Shown here piece after piece: positions 8,600 through 17,878 of a stretch of 64,000 nucleotides of DNA (its first letter is position 1; the number at the start of each line of letters is the position of its first letter). The notes below the pieces were generated by a model, which did not search any database, had not been told where the DNA came from, and saw only the letters and a list, made by a program, of their open reading frames with translations. Made by a program: the position numbers and the translations under genes. Source of the stretch: Gaiellaceae bacterium. GTDB lineage: Bacteria; Actinomycetota; Thermoleophilia; Gaiellales; Gaiellaceae. The DNA lies in assembly GCA_050698015.1 (NCBI GenBank), contig JBOHAU010000019.1, forward strand, positions 12,012 to 76,011. Reading direction: 5' to 3'.

Positions 8600-9610
8600 A
8601 TGGGGATAGGTGTCGTCATCGTCGCCTACGACGCCGGGCCCCGGCTCGTTCGCTGCGTCGAGTCTCTCGCCGATGACGCAGCCGACGGCGTGGAGATCGT
8701 CGTCGTCAACAACGGGGCTCGCAGCCCGGAGATCGAGTGGGCGGATCAGGCCTCGTTCGTGAAGCTGCTCGAGCCGGGAGGCAATGTCGGGTTCGCAACC
8801 GGCTGCAATCTCGGCGTCTCGGCGACGGACGCAGACACACTGGTCTTCCTCAACCCCGACACGGTCGTGGCTCCCGCGGCGATCAGCGCGCTCGCTTCGC
8901 GGGTCGAAGACCCGTCAGTTGGCGTCGCGATGGCGCGGCTGCGGCTGCTGGACGACCCCGATCTTCTCAACTCGAGCGGCGCCGCGCTGCACATCTCGGG
9001 CCTAGGCTGGTCGAGTGGTCACGGCGAGCCGGCGGCGTCCGTCGACACGCTGCGGGAGATCGCCTACGCGAACGGCTCCGCGCTTGCGATCCGGCGAGAG
9101 GTGTTCGAGGCGCTGGGCCGCTTCACCGACGAGTTCTTCATCTACCTCGAGGACGCCGAGCTCAGCTGGCGGGCCCGGCTGGCCGGCCTTCGCGTCGTCC
9201 TCGATCCGGCGGCAGACGTGTACCACGACTACGAGTACGCCCGAAACCCGACGAAGCTCTACTACATGGAACGAAACCGTCTCCTGCTCGTGCTGACCGC
9301 CTACCAGCTCCGCACGATCCTCGTGCTGCTGCCCTTGCTGCTCGCGACCGAGCTCGGTATGGCTGCGCTCGCCGCGCGCCAGGGCTGGCTCCGCGACAAG
9401 ATTGCGGCGTGGCGCTGGTCGCTGAGACAGCGCGGTTGGCTCCGCGCGCATCGCCGTGAGACGCAGGCGCTCCGGCGCGTCCCGGATCGCGAGCTCGCTC
9501 GCTACCTAACGCCGGTCGTCGACCCGAAGATGATCGCGCTGCCCGCCGCGCTGCGGCTCGCGAACCCGGTCATGCGGGCCTACTGGGCGGTGGCCCGGCG
9601 GGTTCTGTAG
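8600..9610 (+). CDS. GT2 family glycosyltransferase (rhamnosyl/WbbL-like class)
   Basis: Track ORF 8573 starts at TTG; ATG at 8600 gives MGIGVVIVAYDAG. Also IVVVNNG, GNVGFATGCN, LNPDTV and FIYLEDAELSWR. There is a C-terminal hydrophobic stretch. Confidence 0.75.
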   Translation: MGIGVVIVAYDAGPRLVRCVESLADDAADGVEIVVVNNGARSPEIEWADQASFVKLLEPGGNVGFATGCNLGVSATDADTLVFLNPDTVVAPAAISALASRVEDPSVGVAMARLRLLDDPDLLNSSGAALHISGLGWSSGHGEPAASVDTLREIAYANGSALAIRREVFEALGRFTDEFFIYLEDAELSWRARLAGLRVVLDPAADVYHDYEYARNPTKLYYMERNRLLLVLTAYQLRTILVLLPLLLATELGMAALAARQGWLRDKIAAWRWSLRQRGWLRAHRRETQALRRVPDRELARYLTPVVDPKMIALPAALRLANPVMRAYWAVARRVL

Positions 9611-10610
9611 GGGCGGTCGCCGCCAGTTCGCGCGAGCGGCGCGAGAGCACCGGCACGACGCTCCTCCCCCTGGCCAGCGCGCGGCGGATCTCGCGCGAGG
9701 AGACGACGCGCCGGTCCTGGACGGCACGCCGCTCGCGCAGGATCTCGGGGAGACCGCGGAGTGCGTCCCGCTTGGCGCGGAACGCCACCCCGGCGCGGCG
9801 CGTGATCGCGAATGCAGCGAGGGTGGCCAGATTCACGAGCAGGTGCTGGGGGAGGTAGAGCCAGAACAGTGCCGATGGCATGTCCTTGACGTACGTCCAG
9901 ACGATGTTGCGGTGGGTGTGGTAGAGCATGAAGTCGCTGTCCCGGCATGCGGCGGACGAGCCGACGTGGCGCGCGACCGCGCCCGGCACGTACATCGAAC
10001 GGTGGCCGACGAGGCGGAGCCTGAAGCCGAGATCGACGTCTTCGTAGTAACAGAAGAACCGCTCGTCGAAGCCGCCGACGGCGAGGAAAGCGTCGCGCCG
10101 ATAGAGGGCAGCGGCTGCGCTCGCCGAAAACACCTCTCGGGGCGCTGCCGCCGAAGAAGACGACTCGCCCCGACCGCCCTGCCAGGCGACGCCGCTGACG
10201 TGCATCACGTCGCCGGCGGCATCGAGACGCCCGGGATCCGAGTCCATCACGATCCGGCTTGAGAACGACGCGGATCCGGGAGCGGCCTCTGCGGCACGCA
10301 GGAGCTCCTCGAGCCACCGCGCCTCCGGGAACGCGTCCGGGTTGAGGAGCGCGAGCCATTCGGAGTCGCCCGCCTCGCGCGCCGCGAGGTTGTTCGCCGC
10401 CGCGAAGCCCACGTTCGCGTCGAGCCGGATTACCTCGACGCTTGGGAACTCGGCCTCAACGCCGTCAGCAGACCCGTCGGTGCTCCCGTTGTCGACGACG
10501 AGGATCCGGTCTGGCGCTCGCGTCTGCTCCGCCAGCGCGGCGAGCGAGCGGCGGAGGAAGCGGCCCGAGTTCGCGTTCACGATCGCCACGGCAACGCGAG
10601 GTCGCTCCAC
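9570..10610 (-). CDS. GT2 family glycosyltransferase
   Basis: 346 aa, GTG start, with VAVAIVNANSGRFL, ILVVDNGSTDGS, NVGFAAANN, LNPDAFP and CYYEDVDLGFR. The 3' end overlaps the convergent gene 8600..9610 by 41 nt. Confidence 0.8.
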   Translation of the reverse strand: MERPRVAVAIVNANSGRFLRRSLAALAEQTRAPDRILVVDNGSTDGSADGVEAEFPSVEVIRLDANVGFAAANNLAAREAGDSEWLALLNPDAFPEARWLEELLRAAEAAPGSASFSSRIVMDSDPGRLDAAGDVMHVSGVAWQGGRGESSSSAAAPREVFSASAAAALYRRDAFLAVGGFDERFFCYYEDVDLGFRLRLVGHRSMYVPGAVARHVGSSAACRDSDFMLYHTHRNIVWTYVKDMPSALFWLYLPQHLLVNLATLAAFAITRRAGVAFRAKRDALRGLPEILRERRAVQDRRVVSSREIRRALARGRSVVPVLSRRSRELAATAPTEPAGPPPSRPA

Positions 10611-10654
10611 GCGGCGACTCTAGCCGGGCTCGGCGCCGGCCCCCGGCTCCTACA

Positions 10655-12838
10655 ATGGCCGCCGTGCTCCGGGACGCCGCTCACAGCGCGCACGGCCGAG
10701 CGCGGAGCGGATTCCGGGTCGCCGGCCTGAGCGTCCCAGCGGCGCTCACCGCTGCCGGAGTCCTGCTCCTGACGGTCGTCGTGCGTTACGTGCTGGCGCT
10801 CGACCAGACGGCGCCGTGGCTGATGGGCGACGAGTTGCGCTACGCGGAGATGGCGAAGAGTTTTCTCGAGGAGGGCAGGCTCCTCTTCCGCGAGCAGTTC
10901 ACGTCGTTCGCGAGCGCCTATCCGGCGTTGATTTCGCCCGGCTGGGCTGCGTCGGACATCGAGACCGCGTACGAGTTCGCGAAAGCCGTGAACGTCGTGC
11001 TCATGACCTGCTCGGCGGTTGTCGTCTTCTTCTGGACGCGCAGGCTGGGGACGACGGCGTTCGCCCTCGCGGCGGCCGGTCTCGTCCTCCTGATGCCGAC
11101 GTTCACGTACACGGGCATGCTCATGACCGAGAACGCCGCGGTCCCAGCGTTCCTGCTCGCGGCGTTCCTGATGGCCGTCGCGCTAGAACGCGGAAGCGTC
11201 GCCCTGCAGCTGGCCGCGATCGGGGCGATCGCGCTGGCGGCGCTGCTACGTGTGCAGGTTGCGACGCTCGCGCTCGTCTTCCCGGCGGCGATCGTCCTCG
11301 ACGCCTGGCTCGCGCGCTGCGCCGGCACCCGGCCCGTTCGGGAGTCGCTCCGGCGGTTCGTCCCGGCCGTCGTCGCCCTCGCGTCGGGGGCGCTGCTGTA
11401 CCTCGTCTACATCGTGCTGTCCGGCGGATCCCTCACTAGTGGCCTAGGTGCGTACGACGCCGTCGCGGGAGCCGACTACGACGTTTTGGACGTCGTACGC
11501 TGGGCGGTCTGGCACGTCGGGGAACTAGTCCTGTCCGTCGGCGTTCTGCCGGCGCTCGCGTTGGTCGCGCTGGTCGCGTCCGCGGCGCGGCAAGGAGGGC
11601 TCGCGTCGCCGGCCGAGCGTGCATTCGTCGCTGTCGGAGCCATCGCGACGGTCGCCTTCGTCCTCCAGGCTGCAGCGTTCGCGTCGCGCTTCTCGGGGCG
11701 CATCGAGGAGCGGTACATGGTGTACACCTCGCCACTCCTCCTCATGGCTCTGGTCGTCTGGGTAGCGCGGGAACGAGAGCGAGCGCGGCTCGCGGCCGTG
11801 GTCGGCTGCGCCGCCTGCGCGCTCTTTGCGTTGACGATCCCGTTCGAGCGCCTCTTCAACGTCGGCCTCTTCGGAGACACGTTCGGACTGATCCCGTTCA
11901 TGCGGCTCTCGACGTTCCTCGACGCCGGAGTGGAGGACCTGCGCATCGTCGTGGCCGCGGGCCTCGCGGCCGCCGTTGCGCTCTTTCTCGCCCTCCCCTG
12001 GAAGGTCGCCCGCGTCGCACTCCCGAGCGTCGTCGCCGGCTTTCTTCTCCTTTCCGGCTACACGGTCCACGGCACGATCCGCGACCAGTCGCAGGCAACG
12101 AGGGCGGCGCAGGGCGCCGCAGATCCGAGCTGGGTCGACCACGCCGTCGGCGACGACGCAAGGGTCGGGTTCGTCTACGGCCCGAACGTGAGCTCGAACC
12201 CGCACCTCCTCTGGCAGGCAGAGTTTTGGAACCGGAGCATTGACAACGTCTACGTACACGGCACCGATCCCGACCCCTCCTACTCGAACGACGAGATCCG
12301 GATCGACGCGCATGGTCGGCTAGTGCCGAAGGAGGCGGGAGACGCGCAGCTGGAGGAGCCGTACCTGGTCGCCGACCCGGCGCTCGGGATCGTCGGCGAG
12401 GTCGTTGCCCAGCCTGGGCCTATCGCGCTGATCCAGCTCGATCCTCCCGCTCGCGTCGAGCAGACGCTCGACGGTGTGTACGGCGATGGATGGTCGGGGC
12501 CCAACGCTGCGCTGAACCGGTACGCCCCGCTGAGTGGTGGCGCTCGGCGGATCAAGGTGGACGTCTCGCGGGCCGGCTGGGACGGCCCAGATCTCCCTGG
12601 CCGCGTCGAGATCCGCGTCGGCCCCCTGCGGATGATGGGAAGCGATCCGTCCCTTGCCCGCGTAACCGCCGCGCGGCAATGGACTGTCCACTCGAAGACC
12701 GCCCGGAGTTTCGTGCTGCCGTTGCCTCCCGCCCCATTCCGCGTCGAGGTGAGCGTCACACCGACCTTCTCCCCCGCCCAGTTCGGCCACGGCGATGCCC
12801 GGCAGCTCGGCGCCCAGCTGGGGTTCTCGCCCGCATGA
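10655..12838 (+). CDS. GT-C fold glycosyltransferase (ArnT/PMT, GT39-like) with C-terminal extracytoplasmic domain
   Basis: Track ORF 10442 trimmed to the ATG at 10655, because the upstream 71 aa is an Arg-rich shadow over 9570..10610. First-loop motif LMGDELRYAEMAKSFLEEGRLLF, at least 10 TM segments, then a roughly 270-aa soluble C-terminal domain. Confidence 0.7.
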   Translation: MAAVLRDAAHSAHGRARSGFRVAGLSVPAALTAAGVLLLTVVVRYVLALDQTAPWLMGDELRYAEMAKSFLEEGRLLFREQFTSFASAYPALISPGWAASDIETAYEFAKAVNVVLMTCSAVVVFFWTRRLGTTAFALAAAGLVLLMPTFTYTGMLMTENAAVPAFLLAAFLMAVALERGSVALQLAAIGAIALAALLRVQVATLALVFPAAIVLDAWLARCAGTRPVRESLRRFVPAVVALASGALLYLVYIVLSGGSLTSGLGAYDAVAGADYDVLDVVRWAVWHVGELVLSVGVLPALALVALVASAARQGGLASPAERAFVAVGAIATVAFVLQAAAFASRFSGRIEERYMVYTSPLLLMALVVWVARERERARLAAVVGCAACALFALTIPFERLFNVGLFGDTFGLIPFMRLSTFLDAGVEDLRIVVAAGLAAAVALFLALPWKVARVALPSVVAGFLLLSGYTVHGTIRDQSQATRAAQGAADPSWVDHAVGDDARVGFVYGPNVSSNPHLLWQAEFWNRSIDNVYVHGTDPDPSYSNDEIRIDAHGRLVPKEAGDAQLEEPYLVADPALGIVGEVVAQPGPIALIQLDPPARVEQTLDGVYGDGWSGPNAALNRYAPLSGGARRIKVDVSRAGWDGPDLPGRVEIRVGPLRMMGSDPSLARVTAARQWTVHSKTARSFVLPLPPAPFRVEVSVTPTFSPAQFGHGDARQLGAQLGFSPA

Positions 12839-13746
12839 GCACGGACGAGGTCTCCGAGCTCTGGGGGCGAAAGGCCCGCGAGAAGGTCGAGGACGAGGAC
12901 TGGAGCCGCTTCTACTGGCAATCGAATCCGCTCACGCTCCGTCACATCAACCGCCTACTGACCGGCGACGAGGCGGAAGGCTGGCTGACGTTCACCAAGC
13001 GGCGCTTCGTTCCTGAAACCCTCGAGCGAGGTCTGAGCCTCGGATGTGGCCATGGCCCGGTCGAGCGGGACGCAATGGCTCTAGGCATCTGCAGGACCTT
13101 CGATGCCTTCGACATCTCGGAGGAAGCGGTCGAGGTCGCGCGCAGCGAAGCCGAACGGGCGGGCCTCGGCGACCGCATCGAGTATCGGCGCGCCGACCTC
13201 AACACGGTCGAGCTCGGCCGTGATTGCTACGACATCGCGTTCGCGATCCAGGTGCTGCACCACATCGACGCACTAGAGCATCTCCTCGATCAGGTCGCGG
13301 CCTCACTGCGTCCGGAGGGCCTGTTCGTCGTCAACGAGTACGTCGGCCCGCCGCGGTTTCAGCTCCTCGGCAAGACGCGCGACGTCATGAACCGTGTCCT
13401 CGACGTGGTGCCCGAGGAGTACAAGACCAATCCCCGTGACGGGAGCGTTCGCGGGCCGATGGAGCGCGCTGCTCCCGAAGACATCGTGGCAGTCGATCCC
13501 TCGGAGGCGATCCGCTCCGACGAGATCCCCGAGCTGCTCCGCTCGCGCTTCGACGTCCTCTACGAAGCCGACTTCGGCGGCACTGTCCTCCAGTTCCTGC
13601 TCGCGGACATCGTCGCTAACTTCGACGAGGCGGACGCGAGAGACGTCGCGCTCCTCGACCTCATCTGCCTGATCGAGGAACTGCTGATCGCCGAGCGCGT
13701 CCTGCCGAGCGACTTCGCGTACTACGTGCTCAGGCCGCGGCGCTGA
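12835..13746 (+). CDS. Class I SAM-dependent methyltransferase
   Basis: ATG at 12835 forms an ATGA overlap with the stop of the GT-C gene. Motifs: GLSLGCGHG, AFDISEEAV, AFAIQVLHHI and LRPEGLFVVNEY. Confidence 0.75.
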   Translation: MSTDEVSELWGRKAREKVEDEDWSRFYWQSNPLTLRHINRLLTGDEAEGWLTFTKRRFVPETLERGLSLGCGHGPVERDAMALGICRTFDAFDISEEAVEVARSEAERAGLGDRIEYRRADLNTVELGRDCYDIAFAIQVLHHIDALEHLLDQVAASLRPEGLFVVNEYVGPPRFQLLGKTRDVMNRVLDVVPEEYKTNPRDGSVRGPMERAAPEDIVAVDPSEAIRSDEIPELLRSRFDVLYEADFGGTVLQFLLADIVANFDEADARDVALLDLICLIEELLIAERVLPSDFAYYVLRPRR

Positions 13747-15679
13747 CCGCGAACCCGGGAGGCGGTGCGACGCCCACTTCCGTGAATGCCTTGACGATCG
13801 TCGCACGGAAGCGGTCGCGGCCGAAGCGCTCTGTCGCGATCTGGAGCAGCTGCACCTGGACGTCCCGCCAGAGGTCGGCGTCCTGGTAGAGGTCGAACGC
13901 GAGGCGCGCAAGCTCGGCGGGGTCGTCGGCGACGACGACATCCTCCAGGCCCTTGAGGCCGAGCCCTTCCGCCCCTATTGGGGTCGTCACGAACGGGAGA
14001 CCGGCAGCCATCGTGTCGATGAGCTTCAGCTTGATCCCTGCGCCGACCGGGAGCGGGTGGATGTGGACGCGTGCGCGGGCTAGATGATCGACGGGATCCG
14101 GGACGAAGCCGACGACCGAGACGTTACGGCGGTGTAGGTCCCGGACGCGCTGGGTCGGATTCGCTCCGATGATCTCGAGGTCGAGCTCGGGCAGCTGCTC
14201 CCACATCAGCGGCATGACGTCCTCGACGAGGCGGACCGCGGCCTGCTCGTTCGGTCCGTCCGGCCCGGCGAGGAAGCCGCCGAAGAAGACGACACCTTCT
14301 CGTTCGTCGAACGCCGGCGGCGACTGGAGCGGCGTCGCATAGCCGGGGAGCACGAAGACGGGGACATCGGTCAAGTCACGCGCGAAACGTGCCTCCTCCT
14401 CCGAGACGCAGAAGACGACGTCGGCGCTCTCGACGCCAGTCCGCTCAAGTTTGCGCAACCAGCGCAGTGCCTCCAAGTCGTCGCCCGCCTGCTCGAGCCG
14501 TCGGAACGCCAGCGCCTCGATGTCGTAGATCCGCCGCGCCTGTGGTTGCGTCCGGCGCAGGTGGGACTCGAAGCGGTCGATGTTCGAGGCGCGACTGACG
14601 AGAACGACGGAGTAGTGGAACCGCCGCTCCTCGAACCAGCGGTCGAACCGCTCGTCTGCGTACGCCACCTCGATTCCACGGTCGAGGAGCGGCGGCGCGT
14701 ACCGCGCGGCGTTCATCGGGTCGGCGGCGTATAGGGTCAGGCGGGCGCCCGGCCACAGGTCGGCGAGTGCGTCGAGGAGTTTCGCCATCCGCGGGTCGCC
14801 CGAGCCGCGGTCGTGGTGCGGAACGCGGTCGTCGATGACGAGGATACGCTCGAGGCACTCTGCATCGCGTACGGCGAGCCGGAGCCGTCGATCGTCGAAG
14901 ACGTTCGCCAGTGGCGCACGCTGCTCGAGGCGCTCCCGCCACCGTTCTGCGAAGAAGCCGCGATTCGCAATTGCGAGGGCGTTCGCTCTCGGGCTTCCAC
15001 CGCCACGCCGGTGGATCACCTGCGATCGGGGCTCGACGACGGTCACGAAGCCGCGTTCTCGGATCTTGAAGCAGAAATCTGCGTCCTCGTAGTACGCCGG
15101 TGAGTACGCTGGGTCGAAGCCTCCGACCTCGCGAAACAGGTCTCGCCGGACGACGAGGCACGCTGCTGAGCCGAAGTCGACGACCCGGCGAAATCGATTC
15201 TCGTACTTCTCAGGGTCGTCGCCGTCGCCGATCGGGATCGGTCCGCCCTTCGAATCGAGCACTGAGCCCGCTTCCTGAATCCGCCCGTCGGGGTGCAGGA
15301 AGAGCGGCACCACGGCGCCTACCGACGTATCGCGCTCGAGCGTCTCGACCAGCGGTGCGAGCCAACTCGGTTCCACGAACGCATCGGCGTTCAGGAAACA
15401 GAGGTACTTGCCGCTCGCGAGGTCGGCACCCTGGTTCGACGCGCGTGCAAAGCCCTCGTTGTGCTCGTTTCTAACGAGGACGGCACCTTGAACCTCCGCC
15501 TCGACGAGGTCTCCTGCGCCGTCAGGGGAAGCGTTGTCGACGACGATCAGCTCGTAGCACGGGTCCGTGTTCGCGATCAGCTTCCCGATCGCCTCGCTCA
15601 CGGTCGCGCCCCCCCCGTACGTCACCATCACGCACGAGACGAGCGGGTCCGGGGGCTCAGGGAGAACGAGCTGCGTCAC
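13730..15679 (-). CDS. Bifunctional glycosyltransferase: N-terminal GT2 domain plus C-terminal GT4 (GT-B) domain
   Basis: 649 aa, GTG start. GT2 part: VSCVMVTYGGG, LIVVDNASPDG, NEGFARASN, LNADAF and YYEDADFCF. GT4 part: VVFFGGF, VSVVGFV and HPLPVGAGIKLKLIDTMAAGLPFVTT. The architecture is typical of polymerising enzymes in ABC-dependent pathways. Confidence 0.8.
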   Translation of the reverse strand: MTQLVLPEPPDPLVSCVMVTYGGGATVSEAIGKLIANTDPCYELIVVDNASPDGAGDLVEAEVQGAVLVRNEHNEGFARASNQGADLASGKYLCFLNADAFVEPSWLAPLVETLERDTSVGAVVPLFLHPDGRIQEAGSVLDSKGGPIPIGDGDDPEKYENRFRRVVDFGSAACLVVRRDLFREVGGFDPAYSPAYYEDADFCFKIRERGFVTVVEPRSQVIHRRGGGSPRANALAIANRGFFAERWRERLEQRAPLANVFDDRRLRLAVRDAECLERILVIDDRVPHHDRGSGDPRMAKLLDALADLWPGARLTLYAADPMNAARYAPPLLDRGIEVAYADERFDRWFEERRFHYSVVLVSRASNIDRFESHLRRTQPQARRIYDIEALAFRRLEQAGDDLEALRWLRKLERTGVESADVVFCVSEEEARFARDLTDVPVFVLPGYATPLQSPPAFDEREGVVFFGGFLAGPDGPNEQAAVRLVEDVMPLMWEQLPELDLEIIGANPTQRVRDLHRRNVSVVGFVPDPVDHLARARVHIHPLPVGAGIKLKLIDTMAAGLPFVTTPIGAEGLGLKGLEDVVVADDPAELARLAFDLYQDADLWRDVQVQLLQIATERFGRDRFRATIVKAFTEVGVAPPPGFAVSAAA

Positions 15680-16784
15680 GACGTCTGAAGGCCGCCCGAA
15701 GACTCCGAATCGGAGCGGTGTAGCGGAACGTTCGGGAGCCGTGGATCCTTGCTAGCTGAGCTTCGAGCTCGCCGACGCGCCGCTCGAACTCCTCCATGAC
15801 GCCCTTCCGCCACTCGACCTCCTCTTTGAGGCGCGAGATCTCCCCCTGTGCGTCCTCGAGGCGGTCAGCGAAGGCCAGCCGCTCCTTGATGAGATGCCGC
15901 GCCTGCGCCACGTGAGCCTTCCGCAGAAGATCGAGCTCCGACCGCTCGCGATCGAGCTCTGCCTGAAGCGCCGCGACTTCGCTGCGGGCGTGCTCGCCGG
16001 CCTGCTGGATCTCCGCCTCCGTTTCACGGAAACGGTTGCGCAGCTCGCCGAGCTGCGACGCGGCCTCTGACGGCGCCGCGCGGACGACGAACTGGTACGT
16101 CGTCAGCTCTGGGTCGGATCCGAGCCAGGCGCCCACCGCGTCGGGAATGTCCGGAGGGGGCGTGATCTCGGCGTCCTGCGGATCGACCCGCCGGCGGCGC
16201 CACGTCGAGACGACGAACCCCGCAGATTCGAAAAGGTCGACGATGCTCGCCCGCGTGAAGAATCGCAGGTGCGTGTCGTCGAGGAGACCGAGGTCCCGGT
16301 AGCGGAACTCACCGCCGAGGAGCGCCAGCCGGACGCTGATGTGTGCGACGTTTGGAATCGAGGCGACGACCGAGCCGCCATCGGCAACGAACGGCCGAAC
16401 GCGCCGGAGGATGGCGGTGGGGTCGCGGAGATGCTCGAGCACGTCGGCGAAGAGCACGGCGTCGAAGCGTTCCTCGCCGAGGTGCTCGCCGAGGTCGAGC
16501 GTCTCGGCGTCGCCGACAATGACGCGGTCGCAGTACGCGCTCGCCTGGGCGGCCGCCTCGGGATCTATCTCGATTCCAGTCACGCGGGCGCCTCGCCTTT
16601 CGGTGAGAACACGGCTCATGTACCCCGTCGCGCAACCGAATTCGAGGACTGACGAATGCTCGGGGACGAACTCGACGACGAGATTGTGCGTCGATCCGGG
16701 GGAGTCGTCGTAGCGTGTGTACTTAGACTCCGGGCCGTCCGTCTCGGCCGCCGCGGCAGCACGCTTGTCATCCGTCGTCGCCAC
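15657..16784 (-). CDS. SAM-dependent methyltransferase with roughly 120-aa C-terminal coiled coil and basic tail (WbdD-like chain-terminator candidate)
   Basis: Track ORF 15657..17219 trimmed to the GTG at 16784 (ATG at 16865 is the alternative). MT motifs VLEFGCATGYMS, VTGIEIDPEA and VLFADVLEHL. The C-terminus is heptad-like and Glu/Arg/Leu-rich (LGELRNRFRETEAEIQQAGEHARSEVAALQAELDRERSELDLLRKAH...EEVEWRKGVMEEFERRVGELEAQLARI), then SRTFRYTAPIRSLRAAFRRR. Confidence 0.7.
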   Translation of the reverse strand: MATTDDKRAAAAAETDGPESKYTRYDDSPGSTHNLVVEFVPEHSSVLEFGCATGYMSRVLTERRGARVTGIEIDPEAAAQASAYCDRVIVGDAETLDLGEHLGEERFDAVLFADVLEHLRDPTAILRRVRPFVADGGSVVASIPNVAHISVRLALLGGEFRYRDLGLLDDTHLRFFTRASIVDLFESAGFVVSTWRRRRVDPQDAEITPPPDIPDAVGAWLGSDPELTTYQFVVRAAPSEAASQLGELRNRFRETEAEIQQAGEHARSEVAALQAELDRERSELDLLRKAHVAQARHLIKERLAFADRLEDAQGEISRLKEEVEWRKGVMEEFERRVGELEAQLARIHGSRTFRYTAPIRSLRAAFRRRDAARSP

Positions 16785-17874
16785 GGGCGGATGGTACGCG
16801 CTGGCAGTTTCGATAGGCTCGCAGGACGGCCTCGCCCTGTGCCCTCGCGGTGAAACGGCGTGCATGCTCCTGCCCCTGGGAGACGAGTGAGGGACGCTCG
16901 GCGAGTGCCTGCTCGATCCCTGAGGCGATCGCCTCCGCGCTTTCGGGGGCTGCGCGAACCGCAGCGTCACCGCTGGCCTCGTCGAGTGACGCATGAGCGG
17001 AAGCGACAACGGGTGTGCCACAGGCCATAGCCTCGACGATCGGCATCCCGAATCCCTCGAAGCGCGAGGGATAGGCGAAGACCGCGGCTCCCCGGTAGAG
17101 CGCCGCGAGCTCCTCGTCGTCCACGTACCCGAGCGGGAGGACGCCCTGAGCCCCGAGCTGGGGCCCCTGCCAACCAGGGGCTCCAACGACCGCGAGTCGC
17201 AGTTCCGGCCGGCGGGCACGCACGAGCGTCATCGCGTCGAGGAGGGTCTCGAGATTCTTCCGCCGCTCGAGCGTCGCGACGGTGAGGACGTAGTGACCGC
17301 CCATGTCGCGGGACGGGCCATCGGGCCCGAACGCCGGGCCGACGGCCGGATGGGCGACGTTGATCCGCTCGCGTGGGAAGCCGAGCAGCTCGACGACATC
17401 TCTCGCCGTGAACTCCGAGTTGACAACGATTATGTCGCACGTTGCCGCTGCGTGCGCGTACTTCCGAGAGTGCATGCGAAGGGTCTGCGGGTGCACCCAA
17501 TCCGGGTGGCGTAGCGGGAAGAGGTCGTGGATCGTCGTCGCGCGGACGCCGGCGCGCTGCGGCGGATACATCCAGTCGGAGAAGTGGAAGACGTCGAGCG
17601 GCCCTGCGAGCCACTCGACCGGCCCCCTGCCCAGTCGGCTCCACGCCGTCCGCCAGTAGTGCGACTTCGGCGGGACGACGACGAGCCGTCTCTGCACGGG
17701 AACGCCCTCCAGCGCCTGCTTGATTCGACGCTTGCCTGGCGGCGCAACCAGTGAGAAGGCCACGATCTCCTGCTCCGAGCCCGCTTCGGCGAGCCCTCTG
17801 AGCATGCCGAGCACGTAGTTGCCGATCCCGGTTCGCGGCAGCGCTAGCGGCGTGACGTCCACGACGACCCGCAC
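16768..17874 (-). CDS. GT4 family glycosyltransferase
   Basis: Track ORF 16768..18096 trimmed to the GTG at 17874, 4 nt after the upstream stop. Begins VRVVVDVTPLALPRTGIGNY, and has TIHDLFPL, VATLERRKN and YPSRFEGFGMPIVEAMACGTPVV (EX7E). Confidence 0.85.
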   Translation of the reverse strand: MRVVVDVTPLALPRTGIGNYVLGMLRGLAEAGSEQEIVAFSLVAPPGKRRIKQALEGVPVQRRLVVVPPKSHYWRTAWSRLGRGPVEWLAGPLDVFHFSDWMYPPQRAGVRATTIHDLFPLRHPDWVHPQTLRMHSRKYAHAAATCDIIVVNSEFTARDVVELLGFPRERINVAHPAVGPAFGPDGPSRDMGGHYVLTVATLERRKNLETLLDAMTLVRARRPELRLAVVGAPGWQGPQLGAQGVLPLGYVDDEELAALYRGAAVFAYPSRFEGFGMPIVEAMACGTPVVASAHASLDEASGDAAVRAAPESAEAIASGIEQALAERPSLVSQGQEHARRFTARAQGEAVLRAYRNCQRVPSARGDDG

Positions 17875-17878
17875 AGCG

